Below, piece by piece: positions 9,401-17,923 of a stretch of 64,000 nucleotides of DNA. The position numbers and the translations under genes were made by a program. The notes under the pieces were generated by a model. The model made no database searches. It was given only the letters and a program-made list of their open reading frames with translations, and was not told the DNA's origin. Positions within the stretch are counted from its first letter, which is position 1. Each line of letters begins with the position of its first letter. Source of the stretch: Candidatus Scatosoma sp. (GTDB taxonomy: Bacteria > Bacillota > Clostridia > Christensenellales > Borkfalkiaceae). The stretch covers positions 21,133 to 85,132 of the forward strand of contig JBGVRC010000120.1 of NCBI GenBank assembly GCA_045128055.1. Reading direction: 5' to 3'.

Positions 9401-9900
9401 ACGTAGAAGCTCACCCCGAAATCAAGGACAAAGCGGCCATGATCACCCCCGAAGACGTAGCGGCATACTACGCGGCGTTTAAACAAATTCCCGCCAACTA
9501 CGCAGCCAAAACGAAAAACTTAAACTCCGTTTTGCCTACGTATGACACTTTGTATAAAATCTTCGGCGAAGACACCCGCTACGCTTCCAAATACGACCGC
9601 ACCAACGGTTACGCGCAATACGTTCCCCACGAATCGCAAAACGTGTATTACGAATTTGACATCGCGCTGTCCGCTTCCTACTGGGAAAGCGGCGAACGCG
9701 GCGTAGGCAGAGTGGTTACTTGGGAATACGGCTGGGTTGGCGACGAATACGATTCTTCCCCCGTTTCCGTCTACACCGACGACCATTACGCGACCTTCCA
9801 AGAATATTTAAACACGGGCGAATTTGGCACGCGTTTCGATGCGGAAATGAATTTGACCTTTATCCAACATTCCGAACCCGACACCGTGCAAGTTTCTTGA
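6475..9900 (+). CDS. secreted lipoprotein: metallophosphatase/5'-nucleotidase + two OB-like repeats + C-terminal RNase Sa/barnase-like domain
   Basis: 1141 aa; signal peptide with lipobox LVGC; DLHGKF, GDMWQGS and GNHEYDWG phosphoesterase motifs; duplicated YGNxxxxDExGxxxYxYGxYDxxxNRYDAMATKPQxGD segment; tail YYEFDI...RGVGRVV...YTDDHYATF like guanyl-specific RNases; strong RBS. Confidence 0.8.
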   Translation: MKKWLSILALSAIFALVGCNGTGASNSNSSTPDNPSSSQQSSPLDSSEIDPDHVHANQNGDAYCDGCGTPILATLDVFSINDLHGKFSDTDENCGVDEMTTFLRNKQQANPNTVILSAGDMWQGSPESNLTYGNIITEWMNDLGFAAMTLGNHEYDWGEEYISQNAELANFPILGINVFDPDTNEREEYAAPSVLIERSGVKIGIIGAIGDCMSSIAPDKTTDVYFKTGNELTNLIKDESTSLREQGADIIIYTVHDSENSNESYYDVELSNGYVDLVFEGHSHSTVRQKDKYGVWHLQAGGDNGTGLSHAEIKIDIISGAITVAQTKIVEHSAYLHLDDDPIVNELMEKYADQISKMNEYLGMNDSYRNSDALASYAAEAMFNVGYAHWNSDARYAGKIVLGGGFLNVRSPYKLDAGKVTYGDIYPLFPFDNLLVLCKVNGNRLLEQFIYSSNYVCYYGEDGNQIKNNVQNNETYYVIVDTYCANYNFKGMGWLEIVEYYQDNYYTRDALAQFIKDGGMSAKSADKTSTIPELLDLGFSLADNEETKEKYRTVGKIVALENTTYGNAVIEDEDGNQIYVYGMYDTDRNRYDAMATKPQEGDVVTVEGVIKNFVNAYYGQKIEFVNATVLEIQDDFPGNDKDDPLTPPETDANYTPIREILEIGNALPEGGETTESYIIKGTLTSNPTHPYGNMYVQDENGDALYIYGLYDVNGNRYDAMATKPQMGDEVVLQGVIKNYYNKSGEQIIEMISSTLLEIVDDTPNGDTPDTLSTLTLNKNFGGDLSEYDTGTYGQGAVGGVYFEYYRAYKTFGENLVTSLLPSPGELSVGHAEGALYNTTPIYGIQSISITYKSDSAAILYTSDDRIADATAYTLPKATSFQTISFEVDTDNFFKIITGNSTLSLQEISISYTDEAVAYNTQKQLSGIEAFRLNPTTFEGTLVAGQSSVSVPVKVEYDGGRYEIKQTKTYTYYTVEYVEAHPEIKDKAAMITPEDVAAYYAAFKQIPANYAAKTKNLNSVLPTYDTLYKIFGEDTRYASKYDRTNGYAQYVPHESQNVYYEFDIALSASYWESGERGVGRVVTWEYGWVGDEYDSSPVSVYTDDHYATFQEYLNTGEFGTRFDAEMNLTFIQHSEPDTVQVS
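9343..9365 (+). repeat. dispersed motif M03 (G-run class)
   Basis: GACGGGGGCAGGTACGAGATTAA; 13/15; sense in the lipoprotein gene (DGGRYEIK). Confidence 0.8.
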
Positions 9901-9910
9901 CAATACAGTA

Positions 9911-9938
9911 AAAAGCGGCTCGACAAGACCGCTTTTTC
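9911..9938 (+). terminator. intrinsic terminator
   Basis: AGCGG-loop-CCGCT followed by a T-run after the lipoprotein gene. Confidence 0.6.
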
Positions 9939-10119
9939 TTTGCGATATTCGTTGATGTAAATCATTTTGCGTTTTTGATAAATATTTTTCTTATCCTTGC
10001 GCAAAATTATTGACGAATGGAAAAATTTGTGTTACAATATTAAATGGACAAGAACGGACTTATATTTCGTTTTTTAAATACGTCACTAAATATTATTCAT
10101 ATATTGGAGGAACTTTATT

Positions 10120-11139
10120 ATGGCAAACGTTAAAGTTGCAATCAACGGTTTCGGTCGTATCGGTCGTCTTGCGTTCAGACAAATGTTCGGCGCAGAAGGC
10201 TATGAAGTAGTTGCTATCAACGACCTTACCAGCCCCACGATGCTCGCGCACCTTCTTAAGTATGACTCCGCGCAAGGCAGATATGCTCTTGCTGAAACGG
10301 TTTCCGCTGACGAAGAAGCAAGCACCATCACCGTAAACGGCAAAACCATCAAAATTTATGCAGAAAAAGACGCTGCAAACTGCCCTTGGGCTGCTTTGGA
10401 CGTAGACGTAGTTCTCGAATGTACCGGTTTCTACACTTCCAAAGCTAAGAGCGAAGCGCACATCAAAGCAGGCGCAAAGAAAGTTGTTATTTCCGCTCCC
10501 GCTGGTAACGACCTTCCCACCATCGTTTACAGCGTAAACGAAAAGACGTTGTCCAAGAACGACACGATCATCTCCGCTGCTTCTTGTACGACCAACTGCC
10601 TTGCTCCTATGGCTAACACCCTTAACAAGCTTTCCAAGATCAAGAAGGGTTACATGACCACGATCCACGCTTACACGGGTGACCAAATGGTACTCGACGG
10701 CCCCCACAGAAAGGGCGACCTTCGTCGTGCTCGTGCAGCAGCAGAAAACATCGTTCCCAACTCCACGGGCGCAGCAAAGGCTATCGGCCTTGTTATCCCT
10801 GAATTGAACGGCGTTTTGGACGGTTGCGCTCAACGTGTCCCCGTTTGCACCGGTTCGCTTACCCAACTCGTTGCTATCTGCGACGGTGAAGTAGACGCAG
10901 CTACCGTAAACGCAGCAATGAAAGCAGCAGCTTCCGCTTCCTTTGGTTACACCGAAGAAGAACTTGTTTCCTCCGACATCATCGGTATCACGTATGGTTC
11001 GTTGTTCGACGCTACGCAAACGAAGTGCATGCCCATGGGCGACGGCACGACGCTTGTTAAAGTTGTTTCCTGGTATGACAACGAAAACTCCTACACCAGC
11101 CAAATGGTTAGAACGATTAAATACTTCGCAGAACTCTAA
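10120..11139 (+). CDS. gap: glyceraldehyde-3-phosphate dehydrogenase
   Basis: 339 aa; [12 protein letters not shown] motif and SCTTNC active site. Confidence 0.97.
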   Translation: MANVKVAINGFGRIGRLAFRQMFGAEGYEVVAINDLTSPTMLAHLLKYDSAQGRYALAETVSADEEASTITVNGKTIKIYAEKDAANCPWAALDVDVVLECTGFYTSKAKSEAHIKAGAKKVVISAPAGNDLPTIVYSVNEKTLSKNDTIISAASCTTNCLAPMANTLNKLSKIKKGYMTTIHAYTGDQMVLDGPHRKGDLRRARAAAENIVPNSTGAAKAIGLVIPELNGVLDGCAQRVPVCTGSLTQLVAICDGEVDAATVNAAMKAAASASFGYTEEELVSSDIIGITYGSLFDATQTKCMPMGDGTTLVKVVSWYDNENSYTSQMVRTIKYFAEL

Positions 11140-11177
11140 TTCGTTTTACGAAGTTTCTAAATCATAGCGAAAAAAGA

Positions 11178-11207
11178 AATCTCCGACCTGCGGTCGGAGA
11201 TTTTTTA
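11178..11207 (+). terminator. intrinsic terminator of gap
   Basis: CTCCGACC-TGC-GGTCGGAG followed by T6. Confidence 0.85.
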
Positions 11208-11328
11208 TTGTGTTACAATATCCATGCGCTTCACAAAAATTATAATTGCTTTTATGTGTAAGTCTTGACATAGCCAAAAAGACATGGTATAATAAAGAAA
11301 ACTTTATTATATAAGGACGGAATTATCC

Positions 11329-12600
11329 ATGAAAAAATCTTTGCTTTTTGTTTTATGCGCATCACTCCTGCTTGCAAGCTGTGGTGGAAGCGCCACTTCT
11401 TCGTCGAGCAGTAGCACTCCTAATGCTCCTACCTCTTCTTCAAGTATCCCTGATTCCAGCAGCACACAAGAAGAATCTTCCGAACAAGAAGAAAGTAACG
11501 AATCTATCAGCAGTGAACAAACAGGCAACGTAAATAAAATCGACAAATCTAAAATAACCAGTGCACGCCCTTTCTCCGAAGGTAAAACCTTTGTAAAATA
11601 TACGGGCATAGACAATATGGCAACAGAATATTGTATCGACAAAGACGGGAATATTTTGTTTAGCTTACAATTAGGTACTCTCAATGAATCTCCTGGTTTC
11701 TATAATGGTATCGCTACGTTTAGAAGCCCCGACTTTGAAGGCGTTTGTTTCTGTGATGAAAAAGGCAATATCACCACTCCTGCTGATCTTGGCGCAGATG
11801 AGTTTTTATTTGATGTTTTCCCTGAAACCGACCCTGGCTTATTCTTTGTAGATGGCTACTTCTTTGCAAGAAAAACCGAGTCTTCCTTCGAAGGCAATGT
11901 ACATAAAGCTGCCATTTATAATTCCAAGTTTGAAAAAGTCGTAGACTTCTCTACTGAACTTTTTGGCTTATATACTAAATATATTGAAGAACATGAATGC
12001 CTCTATTATGAAGGTTATTTGTATTATCTGGAACAAGGCGAAGATGATGAAATGTTGTTTAACTGTTTAGATATTAGAACGGGTAAAGAATCTCACGATT
12101 ATCAAGAAATTTTAAACAAGGTTTCCATTAAATACCCTTCCATGTTCTGGCAATACGATTGGGACGGCACTACGTATAAATACGTTAATATGCTGACGGG
12201 TGAAACCGTTATTGATTTGAACAAGTATTCAACCATTAGCAGTGTTGGCAACTTTAAAAACGGATTAGCGCCTATTTTCTTTGAAGTACGAGATGATGTT
12301 GGAACAACCAACTATTTCACCCTTTTAAAAGAAGACGGCTCGTTTGCTTTTGATCCCATCAAAATCGATTCTCCTTGGGGTTCCTATGAAAGCAACGGCG
12401 TATATCTTATTACTGCTTTCATCGACAACAACACTTCCATGCTTCTCACCTTTGACGTGAACGGAAAAATTGCAGAAACCATTTGTACACTTGGCAACCC
12501 TGGCAACTGCTCGTTTAAGTTCAGCGACGGAGTAATTAACGTTGATGGCAGATACGACGGTTTCGAATTCTACGATATCAACCTTCAACCCCTTTTCTAA
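11329..12600 (+). CDS. lipoprotein of unknown function (possible WG-repeat type)
   Basis: 423 aa; signal peptide plus lipobox LLASCGG; Ser-rich linker; repeated DKDGNILF / GFYNGIA-like units; visibly more AT-rich codon use than neighbours. Confidence 0.65.
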   Translation: MKKSLLFVLCASLLLASCGGSATSSSSSSTPNAPTSSSSIPDSSSTQEESSEQEESNESISSEQTGNVNKIDKSKITSARPFSEGKTFVKYTGIDNMATEYCIDKDGNILFSLQLGTLNESPGFYNGIATFRSPDFEGVCFCDEKGNITTPADLGADEFLFDVFPETDPGLFFVDGYFFARKTESSFEGNVHKAAIYNSKFEKVVDFSTELFGLYTKYIEEHECLYYEGYLYYLEQGEDDEMLFNCLDIRTGKESHDYQEILNKVSIKYPSMFWQYDWDGTTYKYVNMLTGETVIDLNKYSTISSVGNFKNGLAPIFFEVRDDVGTTNYFTLLKEDGSFAFDPIKIDSPWGSYESNGVYLITAFIDNNTSMLLTFDVNGKIAETICTLGNPGNCSFKFSDGVINVDGRYDGFEFYDINLQPLF

Positions 12601-12614
12601 ATAAAAATACAATA

Positions 12615-12650
12615 ATCCCCTTTGGTTCAATACCAAAGGGGATTTCTTAT
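12615..12650 (+). terminator. intrinsic terminator
   Basis: ATCCCCTTTGG-loop-CCAAAGGGGAT followed by a T-rich run. Confidence 0.75.
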
Positions 12651-12673
12651 TCAACACGTACCTGGTACGCCTG
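12650..12673 (-). repeat. dispersed motif M04 (GTACCTGGTAC class)
   Basis: + strand reads TTCAACACGTACCTGGTACGCCTG; 14/15; intergenic, right after a terminator. Confidence 0.85.
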
Positions 12674-12766
12674 TTTTTATTTTTTACATGATAAAAGACC
12701 GCCCTAAAGGCGGCCTTTATTATATTCTATACAAAACGGTGTAATTAGATATAGATTAAAGTTGCC

Positions 12767-13501
12767 TTAATCCCTTCTTCTTCTGCCAAATAATATCATC
12801 ACCCAAAGCAAAAAACGTAAAAAGTATATCAACGACACAGCCAAAGACGCTACGTACGTTTGCGCCGCCGCGTCCAACATTTTGTCCGCGTACGGAAGCT
12901 CGTCTTGCGTCAAAATCCCTTCGGAAATCAACAGCTTTTTCGCTCTGCGGCTTGCGTTAAATTCCACGGGCAAGGTGACAAGCGCGAATATAAACGACAA
13001 TCCGTACAACGCTACGCCCACAAGTGCCACGTAAAAGCCCGTGTTCGAATTTTCCGTCGCTATCACGAAAAAATCCAAAACCAAGCCCAGCAACACCAGC
13101 GGCATAGCCAAAATACTGCCGATATTCGTCACTTTGACAAGCGCGGTGCGTAATTTATAAGGCAAATATCCGCTCTTTTTTTGCAAAACGTGCCCAACTT
13201 CGTGCGCCGCAACCGCCACAGCCGCAATCGAATCATTGCCGTACACGCTGTCGGAAAGGTTTACCTGCTTTTTCATCGGGTGATAATGGTCGGTCAAGTG
13301 CCCGCGCACCCGTCCAACGGAAATATCCGTCACACCGCCGCGCCGAAGCAATCTTCGCGCCGTATCATACCCCGTCATATGCGATTTCGTCCCCATTGCG
13401 CCGTATTTTTGGTAGGCGGATTTCACTTTCGAGCTGGCAATCCCCGCTATCAACCCGCAGACGAGCATCGCTCCAATGGAAATAATATAATATTCAATCA
13501 T
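12767..13501 (-). CDS. YugP-type membrane zinc metallopeptidase
   Basis: 244 aa; HEVGH zinc motif between N- and C-terminal TM segments. Confidence 0.85.
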   Translation of the reverse strand: MIEYYIISIGAMLVCGLIAGIASSKVKSAYQKYGAMGTKSHMTGYDTARRLLRRGGVTDISVGRVRGHLTDHYHPMKKQVNLSDSVYGNDSIAAVAVAAHEVGHVLQKKSGYLPYKLRTALVKVTNIGSILAMPLVLLGLVLDFFVIATENSNTGFYVALVGVALYGLSFIFALVTLPVEFNASRRAKKLLISEGILTQDELPYADKMLDAAAQTYVASLAVSLIYFLRFLLWVMILFGRRRRD

Positions 13502-13568
13502 TTTTTTGTCCTTATGAAAGTATTTCGTTTATATTATACCCGATTTGCTATACTTTCAATACATAAAA

Positions 13569-14372
13569 TCACAAATCTATCGAGAAGGAATACAAATCGG
13601 ACTTGGAAACGCCGCGGTCTTTCGCCGCGCGCTTCAACGCTTCCTTTTTATCCAACCCAGCCGCCATATAATGCTGGATATGTTCTTTTTCAGACAAAGC
13701 GTTAAGCGGGCTTTCCTTTTCTTCCGCGCCGCCGACGACAAGCACGTACTCCCCGCGTTTTTCGCCCGCCAAGCCTTCCGCCAAGCGGAACGACTGCGCT
13801 TCTTCGTGGATTTTGGTAATTTCGCGCACCGCGCACGCAGGTCTGTCCCCAAACACTTCCGCCATCGCCGCAATATCCTTGTCTACGTCTTGGGGCGCGC
13901 AGTGGAACGCAAGGGTCAAATCGCTGTCCTTATATTTTTCCAAAACCGCGCGTTTTTCACTCTTTTTTTCGGGCAAAAATCCAATGAACGCGAACCTGCG
14001 TGCCGGTAATGCCGACAAAACAAGCGCCGCCACAAAAGCGCAAGCCCCGGGAATAAGGGTGTACGGCTCGTTATTTTCCCGCAAAAACTTACAAACGACG
14101 TTGCCGGGGTCGGACACGACGGGCGTTCCTGCGTCGGACACCACCGCCACCTTTTCCCCGCGACGACTCGCCGCCAAAATCTTCTCCGCGGCTTCCGCTT
14201 CGTTAAATTTATGACAAGCGTACAACGGCTTTTTAATCTCGTACGCGTTCAAAAGCTTAATCGTATGCCGCGTATCTTCGCAAAAAATCACGTCCGCTTC
14301 TTTCAACGTTTCCAAAGCGCGCAAAGTGATGTCTTTCAAATTCCCTATCGGCGTAGCCACAAAACTGACCAT
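13569..14372 (-). CDS. rsmI: 16S rRNA (cytidine1402-2'-O)-methyltransferase RsmI
   Basis: 267 aa; FVATPIGNLKDITLRA...DVIFCEDTR tetrapyrrole-methylase-fold signature; GGAGAG RBS. Confidence 0.9.
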   Translation of the reverse strand: MVSFVATPIGNLKDITLRALETLKEADVIFCEDTRHTIKLLNAYEIKKPLYACHKFNEAEAAEKILAASRRGEKVAVVSDAGTPVVSDPGNVVCKFLRENNEPYTLIPGACAFVAALVLSALPARRFAFIGFLPEKKSEKRAVLEKYKDSDLTLAFHCAPQDVDKDIAAMAEVFGDRPACAVREITKIHEEAQSFRLAEGLAGEKRGEYVLVVGGAEEKESPLNALSEKEHIQHYMAAGLDKKEALKRAAKDRGVSKSDLYSFSIDL

Positions 14373-14382
14373 TTTTCTCTCC

Positions 14383-15090
14383 TTATTCTTCCGTTTTTAC
14401 GTTTTTAATCGTAGGCAAAATTTCCACGCTCGGTTTACCGCCCTTCACCCCTTCAATCATAACCAAATAGGGCTTCAACTCGTCCCTGCCCCCCACAAAT
14501 TGCATTTTCTTCACTTCAATATTGTATTTTTTAAGGGTGTAGCAAACTTCCGCTATCCTGTCCGCCCGATGCAACATACAAAGCCTACCGCCAAACTTCA
14601 AAGCCCTGCCCGCCGCTTGGGCTATATCGGACAAAGTAATGGTGATTTCCTTGCGGCAAATGGCTTTTTTATACTCGCTGCTGTCAAAACCGTCGTTTGC
14701 GCGCTCGTACGGGGGATTGCATAAAATCAAGGAAAAGCTTTCGTTGTATTTTTTAGGCAAATCCTGCAACCGACCCTGCTCAAAGGTAAAATTATCAAAC
14801 CCGTTATATTGCGCCGTCTTTTGCGACAAAGCGGACAACTCTTCTTGCAGTTCGAACAAAGTAAATCGCAAATTTTTCTTATTCTTATTCAAAGCGTAAA
14901 AATGAAAGGCGACGATACCGCTTCCCGCGCAAAAATCCGCTACGTTTTCATTATTTTTCGCCTTTGCAAACCGCGAAAGCAACACGGAATCGGACGTAAA
15001 CCGATACAAGCACGTATCCTGCACGATTTTCAGCCCGTCTAAAAGCATATCTTCCAACACTTCATATTCGCCAAGCGTAAATTCTTCCAT
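14383..15090 (-). CDS. YabB-like N6-adenine methyltransferase (tRNA m6A37-type)
   Basis: NPPY motif (LILCNPPYE); start moved to MEEFTLGEY (ATG 15090) with GGAG RBS; the ORF-track extension to 15180 lacks an RBS. Confidence 0.75.
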   Translation of the reverse strand: MEEFTLGEYEVLEDMLLDGLKIVQDTCLYRFTSDSVLLSRFAKAKNNENVADFCAGSGIVAFHFYALNKNKKNLRFTLFELQEELSALSQKTAQYNGFDNFTFEQGRLQDLPKKYNESFSLILCNPPYERANDGFDSSEYKKAICRKEITITLSDIAQAAGRALKFGGRLCMLHRADRIAEVCYTLKKYNIEVKKMQFVGGRDELKPYLVMIEGVKGGKPSVEILPTIKNVKTEE

Positions 15091-15211
15091 TTCTCGCTCC
15101 TTTTCTTCTCTCCGTTTCAGTATATCACGCTCCGCATCTTTTGTCAAGCCCGTCCGCGCCCGCAGGGCAATTCCACGCATACTTTTCTACAAAATCACCC
15201 ACGCTATTTCC

Positions 15212-16747
15212 GTGAAAAAACTGTATTCTTCTTTACAAGACAACTTAACCGAGTTTAAAACCCTGCTTCCGTCCGAAGATATTTTAACCTATACCTTTGA
15301 AACGCAGGACAAAACGGCTTGCGCGATTATTTACGCGGACGGCATTGTAAACAAGCAGCTTTTAGGCGAGCTTGTCGCAAAGCCCTTATCCCAGCTCACT
15401 TTACCCCAAGAAAAACAAAATGACGGGGGCAGGTACGCGATGAAATCCCAACAAAGCGAAAGTTCCACCCCCCAACAGCTCCCCAAAAAAGCGGAAATTA
15501 TCCAAAAATCTACGCTTTTTCCCGAGCTGAAAACAAAATTCGATTTCGACAGCGCCGTGCAAGAAATTTTGGACGGAAACTCCATTTTACTTGTTGACGG
15601 CATAGCCGTCGGCTTTGTCGTGGGCGCAAAAATGCCCCCGAACCGAGCCGTGGTCGAACCCCCAACCGACGTTTCCATAAAAGGTCCGCGCGAAGGCTTT
15701 ATCGAAGACATCAAAACGAATATGTCGCTTATTCGAAAACGCTTAAAAACTCCCGATTTGCGTTTTGAAACGCTGCGGGTAGGGAAACGTTCGGACACGA
15801 TGGTTTCCCTTTGCTGGCTCAACGGTATCGCCCGCGCGGAATTAAAAGACGAGCTAAAAACAAAAATTCAGCAAATCAGCGTGGATAATATCCCCGATTC
15901 TTCGTATATCGCGGCGTTTATCACGCCCAGAAAGCACTCCGTCTTCCAAACGCTGGGTACGACGGAAAAGCCCGACGTGTTTACCGCCAAGCTCGCGGAA
16001 GGCAGGGTGGGGATTTTGGTGGACGGATCGCCCATTGCGCTCACCGCCCCTTTTTTGCTGACGGAAAATTTACAAAGCTGCGAAGATTACTACGTTTCCC
16101 CCTTCGCCGCCACGTCCTTTCGGTTTTTGCGTTGCCTTGCGCTGTTCGTTGCAATCCTGTTGCCCGCTTTTTATATCTCGGCGCAGCTTTTTAAAATGCA
16201 GCTCTTTCCGCTCGGCTTGATGCTCACCATAGCCAGCAGCGTCCGTTCCCTGCCCCTATCGCCAAGCTTGGAAATGTTCGTCGTATTGCTGCTTTTGGAA
16301 ATTCTAAAAGAATCGAGTATCCGTATGCCAAAATACGTAGGAATGTCCCTATCCGTCGTCGGCGCGCTCGTATTAGGGGAAACGGCGGTGAGCGCGGGCT
16401 TTTTATCCACGCCCGCCATAATCATCGTCGCCTTTTCGGGAATTTGCTTGTATACCATTCCAAATTTCGTGGAAACGGGTAGCATTTTGCGTTGGATTTT
16501 TTTATTCATAGCAGGCTCACTCGGCCCGTTCGGCATCGTACTGTTTATTGCATTTTTGGCGTATTACTTGCTGTCGGCGGACTCCTTCGGTTCGCCTATG
16601 CTCGCGCCGTTTTCACCGCTTGTGAAAGGGGACTTGCGCGATTCCGCCGTCAAGTACGATTTATTATCCCTTACAAAGCGTCCCCGCGTCTTTCGTTTGA
16701 AAAACAAAACGCGTATCCGCCAAAACAAGAACCAAACCAACCGTTAA
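15212..16747 (+). CDS. spore germination protein, GerA family A subunit
   Basis: 511 aa with C-terminal polytopic domain typical of GerAA/GerKA; GTG start uncertain. Confidence 0.85.
   Translation: MKKLYSSLQDNLTEFKTLLPSEDILTYTFETQDKTACAIIYADGIVNKQLLGELVAKPLSQLTLPQEKQNDGGRYAMKSQQSESSTPQQLPKKAEIIQKSTLFPELKTKFDFDSAVQEILDGNSILLVDGIAVGFVVGAKMPPNRAVVEPPTDVSIKGPREGFIEDIKTNMSLIRKRLKTPDLRFETLRVGKRSDTMVSLCWLNGIARAELKDELKTKIQQISVDNIPDSSYIAAFITPRKHSVFQTLGTTEKPDVFTAKLAEGRVGILVDGSPIALTAPFLLTENLQSCEDYYVSPFAATSFRFLRCLALFVAILLPAFYISAQLFKMQLFPLGLMLTIASSVRSLPLSPSLEMFVVLLLLEILKESSIRMPKYVGMSLSVVGALVLGETAVSAGFLSTPAIIIVAFSGICLYTIPNFVETGSILRWIFLFIAGSLGPFGIVLFIAFLAYYLLSADSFGSPMLAPFSPLVKGDLRDSAVKYDLLSLTKRPRVFRLKNKTRIRQNKNQTNR
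15422..15444 (+). repeat. dispersed motif M05 (G-run class)
   Basis: GACGGGGGCAGGTACGCGATGAA; 15/15; sense in gerAA-type gene (DGGRYAMK). Confidence 0.9.
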
Positions 16748-16792
16748 AATACCAACTGCTTCGCATACAAGAAAATAAAAAAGGAGCTTTTT

Positions 16793-17923
16793 ATGAAAAC
16801 GCCCACTCTTCCCAAACAAAACCAATCGGAAAAGGTTTACGCCCGCCAAATCGCTTTCGCGGGCGCATTTTTACTGCCCGCCGCGCAGTTTTTAGAATCC
16901 CCGTCCATTCTCGCAAGACACGCGAAAGGGGATTTGTTGTTGCCCGCGATTATGCATTTTCTATTACAATCTCTCGTGCTCCTTGCTATCGTGTACGCAG
17001 CTTCGCAAAGCGAAACGTCCATTTTAGACCGTCTGAAAGGGGTGTTTGGCAAAGCCATGCCCGTCCTTTACGCTGTTTTTGCCGTTTTTTATTTATTTTT
17101 CGGCGTTTTACCGCTTTTGGATATGGAAAAGTACGCCTATGCGGCGTTTTTCGACACCGCGCCCACCGCTTTTTCCTTTGGCCCGTTTTTTCTTTTCAGC
17201 GCGTATGTCTGCGCCAAAGGTATAAAATCCATCGCGCGAAGCGCCGATTTATGTCTTTTCTTATTCTTATTTCCCTTTCTCGCTTTGCTTGCTATGTCCT
17301 TGACCAAAGCCGATTTTTCTTCCTTGATGCCCTTATTCGGCACGGAATTTTCTCAAATCGGAAGGGCTTTTTCCCGTACGACGCCCCATTTTTCAAGCGC
17401 AATCTTGTTGTTGCCGCTGATTGCCAACCTGCAATACAAAGCAGGGGACGGCGTCAAAATTATGTCAGGCTACTGGATCGGCGCGCTTTTATCCCTGCTG
17501 TTTTTGGCGATTTTTTACGCGGTGTTTTCTTCGCTCGCTCCGCGCGAACATTACGCGTTTTCTAAAATAGCGCAATATTTCCCCGCCTTGTCCGTAATCG
17601 GACGGTTCGACTTGATTTTTATCTACCTTTTATCCGTCGTTTTGCTCTTTTATACCTGCTTACCCTTGCAATACACAACCGAATGTATCGCAAACCTTTT
17701 TAAAATCGAGCGCAAAACGTGGATCAGCGCCGTTTTACACCTGCTCTTGTTTATCGGCGTTTTGTTTTTAAACAAATATTACGACGCTATTTATCAATCC
17801 ATCAGCGGAAATTTGTTTTGGGTTTTTATATTCATCGCGGACATGGTACCACCATTTTTAATTTTTTTACCAAAAAATCGGGGTTTTGACAAACCACGTA
17901 AAAAGGAGCAAAACTATGCATAA
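16793..17923 (+). CDS. spore germination protein, GerA family B subunit (APC-type permease)
   Basis: 376-aa 10-TM-like ORF following the A subunit; AAGGAG RBS. Confidence 0.8.
   Translation: MKTPTLPKQNQSEKVYARQIAFAGAFLLPAAQFLESPSILARHAKGDLLLPAIMHFLLQSLVLLAIVYAASQSETSILDRLKGVFGKAMPVLYAVFAVFYLFFGVLPLLDMEKYAYAAFFDTAPTAFSFGPFFLFSAYVCAKGIKSIARSADLCLFLFLFPFLALLAMSLTKADFSSLMPLFGTEFSQIGRAFSRTTPHFSSAILLLPLIANLQYKAGDGVKIMSGYWIGALLSLLFLAIFYAVFSSLAPREHYAFSKIAQYFPALSVIGRFDLIFIYLLSVVLLFYTCLPLQYTTECIANLFKIERKTWISAVLHLLLFIGVLFLNKYYDAIYQSISGNLFWVFIFIADMVPPFLIFLPKNRGFDKPRKKEQNYA
17831..17854 (-). repeat. dispersed motif M06 (CATG class)
   Basis: + strand reads TTCATCGCGGACATGGTACCACCA; 14/15; in the GerAB-type gene. 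Confidence 0.8.

Noticed and set aside
10093-11103. 336-aa ORF antisense to gap
   Set aside because: It is a shadow ORF inside the highly conserved GAPDH gene, with no recognisable motifs.
15422-15444. Dispersed motif as a sigma-54 promoter (GGCAGG...)
   Set aside because: The GG and GC elements are not at the -24/-12 spacing (12 nt after GG lies AT), there is no TTGC element, and most copies are inside genes in the sense orientation.
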